Origin: Octopus bimaculoides
Lineage: Eukaryota
Direction of reading: 5' to 3'
Assembly (NCBI RefSeq): GCF_001194135.2
Contig: NC_069004.1
Span: 15,412,178-15,476,177 of the forward strand
DNA length: 64,000 nucleotides
Position numbers and translations under genes: made by a program. Below, piece after piece: positions 49,106-60,433 of this stretch (within the stretch, counting starts at the first letter, position 1; each line of letters starts with the position of its first letter). The notes beneath the pieces were generated by a model that was given only the letters and a program-made list of their open reading frames with translations, was not told the origin of the DNA and searched no databases.

Positions 49106-52100
49106 GTAAGTTTATCACTTTAATTATATCATTCTTTACATATTTCCTTATATTATAGGAACTTGAAATGATATTTGAAAATATTTCAAAGGAGTGACCA
49201 AGAGATTTCTGACAAAAATTCGTGCTGTCCTTGCAGTGTTTGACAGAGAAACAATAGACATTGCTCGTTTAATTTAATTTCGAGCCTTTTCGTCTGAGTT
49301 CAAATCTTCCCGAAGGCCCCCGTTGTCTTTCACCTTCTCGGGGTCAGTAAAATAGAATAGACTTGTGTTGAATGATAGCTATTTCTCAACAACTTACAGT
49401 TTTGTGTCAGTCTTTCAGACAATAGGGTCGCGTATTGAAATCCTACTGCAAGCTGTATGAATGAATTATTCTTGTTTCTGGTCGATGTAAGCTAAATGAA
49501 TTATTATGACTACTATTAACTGTTTATCCCAGTAATAGGCTGAGGTAGAAACTTAAATAGTTTTTCCACTAGCTAAAAAAAAAAAAAATCACTATCTACT
49601 CACTGCTTTAATTAATTAATGTTTGAAGTCCTGACTCATATTTTATTAATTATTGTTTTTGTTATTAAGGCGACGAACTGGCAGAACCGTCAGCTCCGGA
49701 CAAAATATTTAGCAGCATTTTTGGTTCTTTACATTCTGAGTTCAAATCTCGCCGAGGTCAATTTTGCCTCTCATCCTTTCGGAGTCAATAAGATATAGGG
49801 CCAGTCAAGTATTGGGGGTTGTTGTAATCGATTTACCCACTCCTAAATTGCTGATCGTGTCCTAAAATTTAAGCCATTATTAATAATGTCATAATAATTT
49901 CAAGTTTTGGCACAAGGCTAGCAATTTCAGGGTGGAGGTAAGTCGATTACATCAACCTCAGAACTCAACTGGTATTTAGTTTATCGACTCCAAAAGGGTG
50001 AAAGGTAAAGTCAGCAGAATTTGAAGACGGACGAAATGCCGCTAAGCATTCTGACCGGCGTGCTAACGATTCTTCCAGCTCGACACCTTAATGGTTTCAA
50101 ATTCTGGACCAAATAATGATGTTAGATAGGTATAGTTAATATAATTTTCCTGATACTTGATTGATAATTATTTTAACCATTTTGGTGAAAAGACGAAAGG
50201 AGTCTGTAAACTCAGAACATAACTAAAATACTTAACATAGTCTTCAGAAATTGATGTTGCCACTCCTTTACAAATGATGAAAATATATAATATAATAATT
50301 TTGGAAATAAAATGGGCTGGTTTTGACAAATAGATAATAGTTAAAATTTTATTTACATTCCTGGCATAAAAATAAACATTTCCTAAACATTACAAAGTGA
50401 ATAAGTTCACCATAAAATGACTCTAGATATCTGGAAAATTTCGTGTTTGTATAAAGGAACAAAGCAAGATTGTTATTTTGTTTAATTCAGATTTAGATCA
50501 AAGACAATAGCTTTCTTGTTCACAAGTGCAGATCTTTATTCCTCTACATTTTAGTTTTAGAATGTTATCTACCAAGTTGTGAACACTATATAATCTCACA
50601 TTTTGCTCTTGCAGCCAACTTATCTCCCAGCACCACCTCAAGATCCTAATGCTGCCGACCAGTGCAGACTATGGATCGGTAACCTTGACCCTCGTGTTAC
50701 AGAGTAAGTATAACAGCACCTTTTGTCTTTTCCAATTCTCAATCACTGATCCTTATAAAATGATGAAAATACTAATTATTACTATTCATTAAGAAGACTC
50801 ATTCAACCCTTAATCAGAATTAACCCATTAGCATTTAAACCATCCCAAATATTCTACCTATTCAAACCAGTCAGATCCAGACCGTCACACCTAGTCCTAC
50901 AATGTCATCCTAAAATATGCAATCACATCATTGATATCTCAAAGCTATGAGATAATGTACGATCAATCTAAAGCAATGTAAATAAAAAGAGATTACATTT
51001 GACAGAGTAATCTGAATGCTAAAGGGATATGGTAGAAATAGCAATTTAAATATTTGGAAGTAATTCACATCTTTGGTATCTAGAATATGTTTTGAACCTC
51101 CGTACACATTTTGCAATGTAATATTTAATTGTGTTGTGTATAAGTCCATGCAGTTTATACACGTGAGGTAGTCCAGTTATGTTTTATCTAGATTGATGTA
51201 TTGATAGTCTTTGGCCTAGTCACTTGTATAGTTAATCAGGTTGTACAGAAAGATATGCCTAGCAACATTATAATTAACTGCTTCAAGAGTAAAGGTAAGG
51301 CTTTAGTGAGGAGTAATTACAAAGGTAACAAATTGCTGAACCAGGTGTTGAAAGCTGCTGAAGGAGTTATGGTGTAACTACTTAGGAAGAGGATTAGATT
51401 GGCTGAGATACAGTTCAATTTTGTGCCAGGGAGAAGTACCACTGACGCTCTTCTAATAAACAAAATATTTAGCCAAAAGTAAACTGCTGTACTTGACTTT
51501 TGTCAACTGGAGAAAGCCTCCCTGATCTGGTGGTTGCTGCAGAAGCTAGGAACGGCTGGTGATAGTTGTCCAAGCCATGTACAAGGATTCTGTCAGCAGG
51601 GTAACAGTTAACAATGAGTATGGTGATGAATTTAGTGTACAGGCTGGAGCTCAGCTCTCAGTCACCTTATTATTGCTCTCCAGGCTATAACAGGAGTTTT
51701 AAGATTTACTCATAGGAACTACTATATGCTGATAACCTTGTTCTGTTGGCTGAAATGGTAACAGGATTAGATAAAAATTTCAGGTGTGAAAGTAAAACTT
51801 GGAATCAAAGGGCCTTGAATTTAGAAAAGACCAAAATCCTAGTAAGCAGCAAAACAGTATGTTTATCCCTTCAGGAAAATGGCAGTGTTTGATTTGTAAA
51901 AAAGATGTAGGTAGTAATTCCACACAGTGTATCCATATATGCTGATAACCTTGTTCTGTTTGCTGAAATGGTAGCAGGATTAGATAAAAATTTCAGGTGT
52001 GAAAGTAAAACTTGGAATCAAAGGGTTATGTACATGGCTATGGACACACAAGAGGTGCATTGGAACCACTGGAAGATTAACAGAGAAAGAAGTCTTGTCT

Positions 52101-55100
52101 GTGGCAGATGTGCAGGAGCAATAAAAACTAAGAACACATCAGAAATAAATTTTCTTAAATGCCCAGGAGGATCCTTAGAGGTAGTAGACAGTTTCTGTTA
52201 ACTAGGTGACCAAATTAGCAGTGGAGGAGGTTGTTCTAAAAATTAAGTTGTTAGAATAAGAACCAGCTGGAGGAAGTTCAAAGAGCTATTACTTCTGTTG
52301 ATAACAAAAGGTCTCTCAGGATGAAAGGTAGAGTGTATGCTACTCCTCTTTGTAACTATTTCCGAGTCAGAGCCTTTTAAACAGTCCAGCTCATGCCAAC
52401 ATGTATGTTAAGTGATGATGATGAATGCACTATTAATTTGAAAGGATCAAATGATTCTAACCAAGTTCTTGAAGAGTTTGCATGTAATACTAACTGTTTA
52501 ATTTAATATCTATTCAAAATACACCAAATGTCTTTTTCAGTGAAATACTGCCTTTCTGTTGCTGTATAAATATAATTTATCAATATAAATATACCTTTCA
52601 GATTTGCTTTACTTAAAATCCTTCAGAAATTTGGTAATCTTTTGAAATTTGATTTGATGTACCACAAATCAGGACCAGACCAGGGTAAACACAGAGGATA
52701 TTGTTTTGCTACTTATGAAAATAAAGAGGTGAGATCATTTACTGAGATTTCATTTAATTTAACAACTGCTGGGTTTGACTTTATTGTTTTCATTGTCTTT
52801 ATTCATTTTATGATAAACCACAGTTTAAAAAAAAAAAGGTGTCAACATTTATTGTTTAGTCCATGTTTCATCATCTCTAAAATGAAATCTAATTATGATT
52901 GTTATTTGTTTACTTTCAGGAAGCAAGTTATGCCTGTCAATGTCTTGATGGGAAGCTTCTTTTGTCAAAAAACTTATCTGTCAAGTTGGCACATTCAGAT
53001 AAAGATGTATGTTTTTATTACTTTGTTTGTATAATCTATATTCGTTAAAATGTATCAGCATTGTGCTGTTGTTGAATATTTAAGAAGTTTCTTTCGGCAG
53101 CAAGCTGGCAGAATCATTAGCACGCCAGGCAAAATGCTTAGCAGCAGTTCATCTGTCTTTATGTTCGGAGTTCAAATTCTGCCAAAGTCAACTTTGCATT
53201 TCATCTTCTTTAGTACATTTTTCTTTAGTGATGAAAGAAATACAAAACATTCTGTTAGAAATTATTTTAATCTTGGTCTTGAAATGAATTTTCTTTTTAA
53301 TTACAAAGTTAAAAAACAAAATTTTGTTTTGCACTTAGTTTTAGTTGTTTTAACTTCTTTGCATCAGTGAGGGAAAATGTTTAAACTATAAAAAGAATTG
53401 AAAAATTATAATTTTTAAAAATATCTTCATCTTATACCATGGACTACAAAGTTTTGTGGAGAGAATATTATTATGCTGAAACCCAGTCCTTGTGCAATAA
53501 TACCTTGATATACGAGTTAATTCGTACCCAGAGAATGCTTCAACAAGTGAAAACTCATAAACAGAAAATCAAACTCGTAAAAGCTTGTAAACCCAGTGTC
53601 TCCTATTTTGATGATCCCAAACTAAGAATATAAAGGGAGGTAACTAAATACTACAAACCATTTAGTTCAGGTGATTTGTAATTTTAATGGCTTTATTAGA
53701 GAGTGGGGAAAATGGCAGCACCTCTGACCCTTTACAAAAAAGTTTCCGTGACTAGTTAGAGGAAGAGGTTATGGTTGGGTTTGGGATGTTGCTTGAATGC
53801 TTGCAGCAGAATAGACTCTGGTCATCCAATGCTCAGATGGTGATGTTAAATCAGGCAAATGAATTCATTCTGTCACTCTTAAACAGGAATGGTCCCTTTA
53901 ATGGCTTTCTGCATCGTTTCACTCACAAAACATTAATTAACTGATGCTATGATAATAGGTTCTTGTTTGTGGTGTCATGCAGTTACACTGAACCTGAAAT
54001 CAAGTAGCTGCACCTAGCCATGTCTGCACAAATGAATACCTTTAGTTCCAGTTTCCTTCATCATTATCATTATCATTGTTTAATGTCCACTTTCCATGCT
54101 GGCATGGGTTGGACGGTTCGACTGGAAACTGGTAAGCTGAGGGGCTGCACCAGGTTCCAATCTGATTTGGCAAGGTTTCTACAGCTGGAAGCTCTTCTTA
54201 ATGCAAAAAGCCTTAAACTTCATGGCTCCATTATGTAATTGATGAGAAGCACTCACAAGATATTTTAATATGGCAGCTAATGGATAACAGAATTGATAGA
54301 CTGTTCGGCAAAATTAGCAGTATTACTTCTTTTTACATCCAAGCAAAATCAGTTTTTGCCTTGCCTTCTTGATTTTTTATTTGTTTTATCTTTTTTATTG
54401 CAGCAAAATATCGGCTTACCATTAACAGTAAAAGTCTTGAAAGAAGATGCCAAATTAAGCAATATAGACAGTAATTCAGGACTAAGGTTAGTTGAAAGTA
54501 TTCCATCGATTTGACGGGATTTTTTTGTCAATTTTACATTTGAGAAGTTCTTGATTTCATTAATGGAATAAGCTGACGATAACAGCATTTATTTAGTCTA
54601 ATCTATATTTGTTAGTTTCTTAAATAACAAAATTATTTTTTTGTTTCTTTGGTCAGTAAGTGTTATTTCCTATTTGCTTCTACTCTTTTACTTTTTTACT
54701 TGTTTCAGTCATTTGATTGTGGCCATGCTGGAGCACCGCCTTTAGTCGAGCAAATCGACCCCAGGACTTATTCTTTGGAAGCCTAGTACTTATTCTATCG
54801 GTCTCTTTTGCCGAACTGCTAAGTTACGGGGACGTAAACACACCAGCATCAGTTGTCAAGCGATGTTGGGGGAGACAAACACAGACACACAAACATATAC
54901 ATACACAATTAGATTGGAGCCTGGTGTAGCCATCCGGTTGCACCAGTCCTCAGTCAAATCGTCCAACCCATGCTAGCATGGAAAGCGGACGTTAAACGAT
55001 GATGATGATGATGATACATATATATGACGGGCTTCTTTCAGTTTCCATCTACCAAATCCACTCACAAGGCTTTGGTCGGCCCGAGGCTATAGCAGAAGAT

Positions 55101-56963
55101 ACTTGCCCAAGGTGCCATGCAGTGGGACTGAACCCGGAACCATGTGGTTGGTAAGCAAGCTACTTACCACACAGCCACTCCTGCACCTATCTAGAAATCA
55201 AAAGAAAAGACTACTATTCCCTTCAAACTTTGCTTATATGACCTGGACATCAATGTTTTGAAACCGTCCTATTTTCCGTTACATTTCAGACAGATTCAAC
55301 ACTGAGTTGCTGAAGCAGAAATATTTTAACAACATATATTCTGTTCAGCACTAGAAATTTGCTTGTCAGTTGCTTGACCTTAACCACTTGAGCATGTCTC
55401 GTAATGACTGATGATGAGCAGAAGTAGTGGGAGAGCATCATAGCCACGTGTTGAAAGGGATTCTTTGGGGTTTGAATAAATGTAACAAAAGCAAAGTTTG
55501 AAGGAAATATTAGCCATCTTTCATACTTTTAGGGTAAGCAAATAGGAAATAACAGTTGCTACCCAAGGACAAAACTTGTGTTACATAGTGTAATAGCTTT
55601 TATTCCATTGTCTTTTAATATTTTACAGAGCATTTTTGCCAATCATGATACAAAGTTAATTTTTTCCCTTAATTTACATTTGTTTTGTTGTGTAAATATA
55701 GTAGAATGGTTTTACATTTTTTTAATTTGTTTTATTGGAACATTTTTATTGCTAAGTACACTGTTTGTTACTGAATTGTCCAGTAAAACTTGTCAGTCAG
55801 AGCCCAGGAGCAAGTAAACTGTTAACTGTACTAAAATCCGAACTTGCAATTCCTAAATTATTTCAAATTGCACTAAAATATTTTCTTGCTGAAACATTAT
55901 TAATGAAAAGGAAGTTTCAAACAAAAGAGATGTAAACTCTGAAGTTGAATTGGCAGGAAACCCATTAAATGTGGAGGAGTAAGGAAAATGATGAAATAAT
56001 TAGATCAAACTGGATTGATTTCATCATCATCTTTTAACATGTTTTCCATGCTGGCATAAACTGGATGGTTTGACCAGAGCTGGTAAGGTCAGGGGCTGCA
56101 TCAGTTTCCATTGTCTGTTCTGGCATGGTTTCTATGGCTGGATGCCCTTCCTATCAATGGTTGAGAACCACTGGTTTACATGAAACAATAAAAAAAAAAG
56201 TCATTTGGAATCATTGTTAGTTGTATTGTTTCCTGTTTTAAACTTTGCTCCAGCTTTTGATATGACATCAATATATTTGTAGGAAACACCTGTGCCCCAC
56301 CTCTTAAGTGTCAGGTATTGTTTCCCAACACATCCCTTTGTTCCAGTGATGACCAGGTCTCAAGATTGCTAGATTTGAAGGCGGTGGGCTGGCAGAATCG
56401 TTAGCACGCTGGGCGAAATGCTTAGCAGTATTTCGTCGGCTGCTACATTCTGAGTTCAAATTCCGCCGAGGTCGACTTAGCCTTTCATCCTTTCGGGGTC
56501 GATTAAATAAGTACCAGTTATGCACTGGGGTTGATGTAATCGACTTAATCCCTTTGACTGTCCTTGTTTGTCCCCTCTATGTTTAGCCCCTTGTGGGCAA
56601 TAAAAAAAATAAAATTGCTAGATTTAAGAGAATCAACTTGTTTTGTGGCAGAACATGAGTTGCTAAGTTTCATTTCATAAAACAAAAAGCCAAGTTCTTA
56701 TTAGAGGAGTTCCCAAATTGTTTTCCTTTTCGACGTTTCTATTCATGCAGCATTATTTTCCTTCCATCTTTTGTAGCCGAGAAAGTAAAATCCGAGCAAT
56801 TGAAGCAAAACTTCGAGCGATGGAAGAAAGTCAGAAGGATTTCACTTACTCCCTGGCCCCTGCGGCAGCACCAGGGACCAGTAAATGGTGCTCATCTCAA
56901 ATGGCATCCACTCGAAAACCACAAAATAATAAACCTTACAGACGAACTTTTTCTAAAAGATGA
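49091..56963 (+). CDS. RBM18: RNA-binding motif protein 18 (single RRM), 6 coding exons, 195 aa
   Basis: join(49091-49105,50615-50703,52602-52728,52920-53006,54404-54486,56777-56963) = 588 nt. RNP2 RLWIGNLDPRVTE, LLKILQKFG, HKSG, RNP1 RGYCFATY, CLDGKLLLSK and C-terminal KIRAIEAKL match RBM18. Confidence 0.95.
50615..50703 (+). CDS. RBM18: RBM18 coding exon 2 (RNP2)
   Basis: ttgcag|PTYLPAPPQDPNAADQCRLWIGNLDPRVT(E)|gtaagt. Confidence 0.94.
50824..51026. mobile_element. piggyBac-like MITE
   Basis: TTAA|CCCATTAGCATT...AATGCTAAAGGG; family also at ~2780-3232, ~58170-58196 and ~63060-63282. Confidence 0.7.
51300..52360 (+). mobile_element. Degenerate RTE LINE fragment with internal duplication
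   Basis: IQFNFVPGRSTTDAL, ELLYADNLVLLAE and LGDQISSGGGC motifs; a ~90-bp segment is repeated at ~51725 and ~51935. Confidence 0.85.
52602..52728 (+). CDS. RBM18: RBM18 coding exon 3 (RNP1)
   Basis: tttcag|FALLKILQKFGNLLKFDLMYHKSGPDQGKHRGYCFATYENKE|gtgaga. Confidence 0.96.
52920..53006 (+). CDS. RBM18: RBM18 coding exon 4
   Basis: tttcag|EASYACQCLDGKLLLSKNLSVKLAHSDKD|gtatgt. Confidence 0.94.
54404..54486 (+). CDS. RBM18: RBM18 coding exon 5
   Basis: ttgcag|QNIGLPLTVKVLKEDAKLSNIDSNSGL(S)|gttagt; its phase-2 end matches the last exon. Confidence 0.82.
54681..55188 (-). mobile_element. Near full-length CORE-type tRNA SINE with a nested SINE fragment
   Basis: tRNA-like head (GGCTGTGTGGTAAG...GGTTCAGTCCC), MIR-like core CACCTTGGGCAAGT; nested piece ~54910-55012. 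Confidence 0.88.
56377..56613 (+). mobile_element. Young SINE copy with 12-bp TSD
   Basis: TSD ATTGCTAGATTT at 56365-56376 and 56614-56625; CpGs retained. Confidence 0.9.
56777..56963 (+). CDS. RBM18: RBM18 terminal coding exon
   Basis: ttgtag|RESKIRAIEAKLRAMEES...KPYRRTFSKR*; AATAAA at 57038-57043. Confidence 0.92.
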
Positions 56964-57759
56964 GGAACTCTTTTTTTTTTCTAAAGAAAGGAAGAAACAT
57001 TAAAAAGACCATTTTTCTAAAAAAAAAAAAATTAATTAATAAATGATATGATGGACCATTTTTCTAAAATAAAAATGAATGGTCATTTTCTGAGAGGTCC
57101 ATTCAAAGAGTACCACTGTCAGCACTGCAATGACAATAAATTTAATTCCTGTAACAGAACGGAAGCGAATCTTGTCCATTTCTGCAGGTATTTCTGTATT
57201 ATTTTTTGTCCAAGTTTCAACTATTTCAGGTAACTTCATGTAATATAGTTTTAGTTNNNNNNNNNNNNNNNNNNNNNNNNNNNNNNNNNNNNNNNNNNNN
57301 NNNNNNNNNNNNNNNNNNNNNNNNNNNNNNNNNNNNNNNNNNNNNNNNNNNNNNNNNNNNNNNNNNNNNNNNNNNNNNNNNNNNNNNNNNNNNNNNNNNN
57401 NNNNNNNNNNNNNNNNNNNNNNNNNNNNNNNNNNNNNNNNNNNNNNNNNNNNNNNNNNNNNNNNNNNNNNNNNNNNNNNNNNNNNNNNNNNNNNNNNNNN
57501 NNNNNNNNNNNNNNNNNNNNNNNNNNNNNNNNNNNNNNNNNNNNNNNNNNNNNNNNNNNNNNNNNNNNNNNNNNNNNNNNNNNNNNNNNNNNNNNNNNNN
57601 NNNNNNNNNNNNNNNNNNNNNNNNNNNNNNNNNNNNNNNNNNNNNNNNNNNNNNNNNNNNNNNNNNNNNNNNNNNNNNNNNNNNNNNTTATATTTTTATA
57701 TGTATTATTCCAAAACTATGACACCAATAAGTTCCATTTCAGTATTTATGGTATGTATG

Positions 57760-57801
<42 letters not shown>

Positions 57802-58422
57802 TGTAATCTTTAATTAGAAATTCCAAGAAATATCCATATATAAAAAATACTCAACATTTGCTGTATTTCTTGTGTCAGTGTCTCATTGGTATGAATAAAA
57901 TGTGGATGATATTAATTCTGTATAAACACAAATGCGTATAATTAGTTTTACTCCAAAATAATTTTCCCAAGACGGAACATACTGGTTTGCAAGCAAAGAT
58001 CAACAGTGTTTGACTTGGTTGGATCTTGTTCACCTTTGTAATAATTAGAACCACAATACGTTCTAACATTTGGATTTTGCTGTTTTACATTTATTTTCCA
58101 GTGCTAGCAAGGATAAGATGTATTTTGTGGGAGACTATATTTTTACAGCCGGATAAATTTGCCTTTTGACAGAAAATGTGAATGCTAAAGGGTTAAGGTA
58201 ATTAACCTTCACAAAACTAAATGTGAAACAGACTAATCAATGATTCTAACACATTTTGCCATTTGTCGAGTTCTCCCATGCTGCAACTCACACACACACA
58301 GCTGGTATTACATGATATTGGTTGGCAACAGCTTAGATAACAATTTCTGTTACAAGTTGATGACAGACATACAGCATCTAGTGATGAATCATAGACCAAC
58401 TGCATGTACTTGTGGCATTATA

Positions 58423-58549
58423 CAGGGTGTCCACAAAGTCTGGGTACATGGGGATTAACACATACCTTAAGAAATTATTATTTCTTATATTTAATTGTTT
58501 ATGTTGTGATTTTATTTACTCCATGTACCCAAACTTTGTGGACACCCTG
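58423..58549. mobile_element. 127-bp Tc1/mariner-type MITE
   Basis: TA|CAGGGTGTCCACAAAGTCTGGGTACATGG...CCATGTACCCAAACTTTGTGGACACCCTG|TA. Confidence 0.92.
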
Positions 58550-60279
58550 TAGATATATGTCTCGTATTTACATCATACATACAGTTCATATTTGAGATCC
58601 TTTCCATGGTCACTCTACTGAGAATAGCATCTAAATCTCTCTCAAATATGGAGTGGTTTTGATGATAGACCTGCTTACTCAAGGCTGACCTGGCAAAACA
58701 CTATAATCAAGGCTGACCCAGACTAAACCATATAATCTTTGATGACCCAATAAGGAAGATCCTCTCTGTTGGGTTTAATGGTGGTTAATCAGCTGAACTT
58801 GTATTTGCATCATCATCATTTAATGTTCATTCTCCACGGGTTGTGCTTGAGTATTCCACAGACGTTTTTGCTAACAAATCCAAGCACAACCTGCATAATT
58901 GCCATAAATCTACCTAAATTATTCACGCATTAATAAATTCTGTGTTGTTGCACTTTGCAGATGTTTTGATGATCAGGAGCCGTACAAATAATCACTTTGT
59001 TGTTTATTTGAAAGTAAAATATATTTATGCATCCGGCTGTGAAATATGCAGCAACAAAACCCCAGCCCACAACATTATCCATTGTATCCCTTGTTTTAAG
59101 CTGGTAGGGTGTGGTTTTAGGGAAAATGGGTTAGTATTTCTAGCAGGTCGAGAAACAAAATAGAAGGCTCTCGCCACCACTATATCATATCGTTGGTGTC
59201 CGAGAGATGGTAGATATATTAAATGCTACTTTCAATCAAATTGTTTATTGATAGGCTTGGGAGCTGATGAATATAAGGTTAGAGAAATGCAGTGATTTCA
59301 GGAAAATAAGAAAAGAAGCAATCATAAAAGCATGTGTTTAGGGGAAGTTCATTCTCAGTATATATTTTAATTCCAGGATAGATCTGACGCACTAGACATA
59401 TGACCTAAGACGTTCCAGCAGAGACAACCCGTTTTTCTTAAAGACATCGTGTATCTAAGATTGAGGAAATAGCGTATGTTTTGAGGGAGATTTGGATGTT
59501 GTTTCCAACTGGTGCAGTAGCCATGTAAAAGTTGTTTTACATAGGGCAATTTGTATCTCATCTAATGTGATTCCAATTGGCAATCTATTGCGACCATGAA
59601 TTAAAAAGAATAATAATAATAATTCCATTATTTCTTTAATTTTAATTTTACCATTTTAATACAAAGAAAACAGGTAAAAAAAGAGAGAGAGAAGAAAAAA
59701 TAGGGAGGAGGAGGGGGGGGGGGGTAATGCAGCAAATGGAGGATGAAGAGACGATGAGCCGCGCCCTAGTATAATATCCGCGATGGTGTTGCTCCAGAGA
59801 AATGCCAGCGAGACTCGCTACAGCAGCCACTGCACCTCGCGGAGCTCATTTCTCCGACGGGGCTCCGTTATCCCTACTTTGCAGAGGAAATCAGTAGTAT
59901 AGGATTTGGAAACATGACGGTGAATAGCCAGGTCCCAGTCATCATCATCATCATCGTTTAACGTCCGCTTTCCATGCTAGCATGGGTTGGACGAAAGATA
60001 CCTTAATGTAGGCCCTGGGTAGGATTGAACCCTGCCCAGGATGTTCAATGTGGCTGTCTAATTATGTCTCTACCCATGAGACCACCAACCGGTATTTATT
60101 GATTTTTCTTTCCTCAGAGTTAGGGGGCGACGAGACAAAGGTCTGTAACTGATGAAGCTTGTATTAAATACATATTCAAAACTATAAATATTAAATCCGT
60201 TGAAAGGTTGTCGTAGCGAAACCGAAACGGATAAAATCCAACCCGATCTAGACACTTTCTTTGTCTGGGGTTGAAGAAT

Positions 60280-60376
60280 TAAACCGGAAGCTGCAGCAAC
60301 AAAAATACACACTTCCGGAAACTGCGGCGACAGGAATAGCTAACTTCCGGTAATATCATCATTCGGTGAAAATGGC
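60280..60376 (+). promoter_or_regulatory. PSMB7 proximal promoter / 5' UTR with three ETS-type cores and a YY1-type motif
   Basis: CCGGAAG 60284-60290, CACTTCCGG 60310-60318, ACTTCCGG 60343-60350, AAAATGGC over the start codon; TATA-less, CpG-rich. Confidence 0.6.
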
Positions 60377-60433
60377 TTCGACTCTCGTATCTTTCCCTCA
60401 TAAATCTGGATTTGTTTTTGAAAATTGTCGTCG
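60372..60433 (+). CDS. PSMB7: PSMB7 exon 1 (propeptide)
   Basis: [20 protein letters not shown](R)|gtaagt. Confidence 0.93.

Noticed and set aside
57206-57721. 171-aa ORF
   Set aside because: Spans an N gap.
60140-60225. CTGATGA...GAAA hammerhead-like cores
   Set aside because: Could not form stem II or stems I/III.
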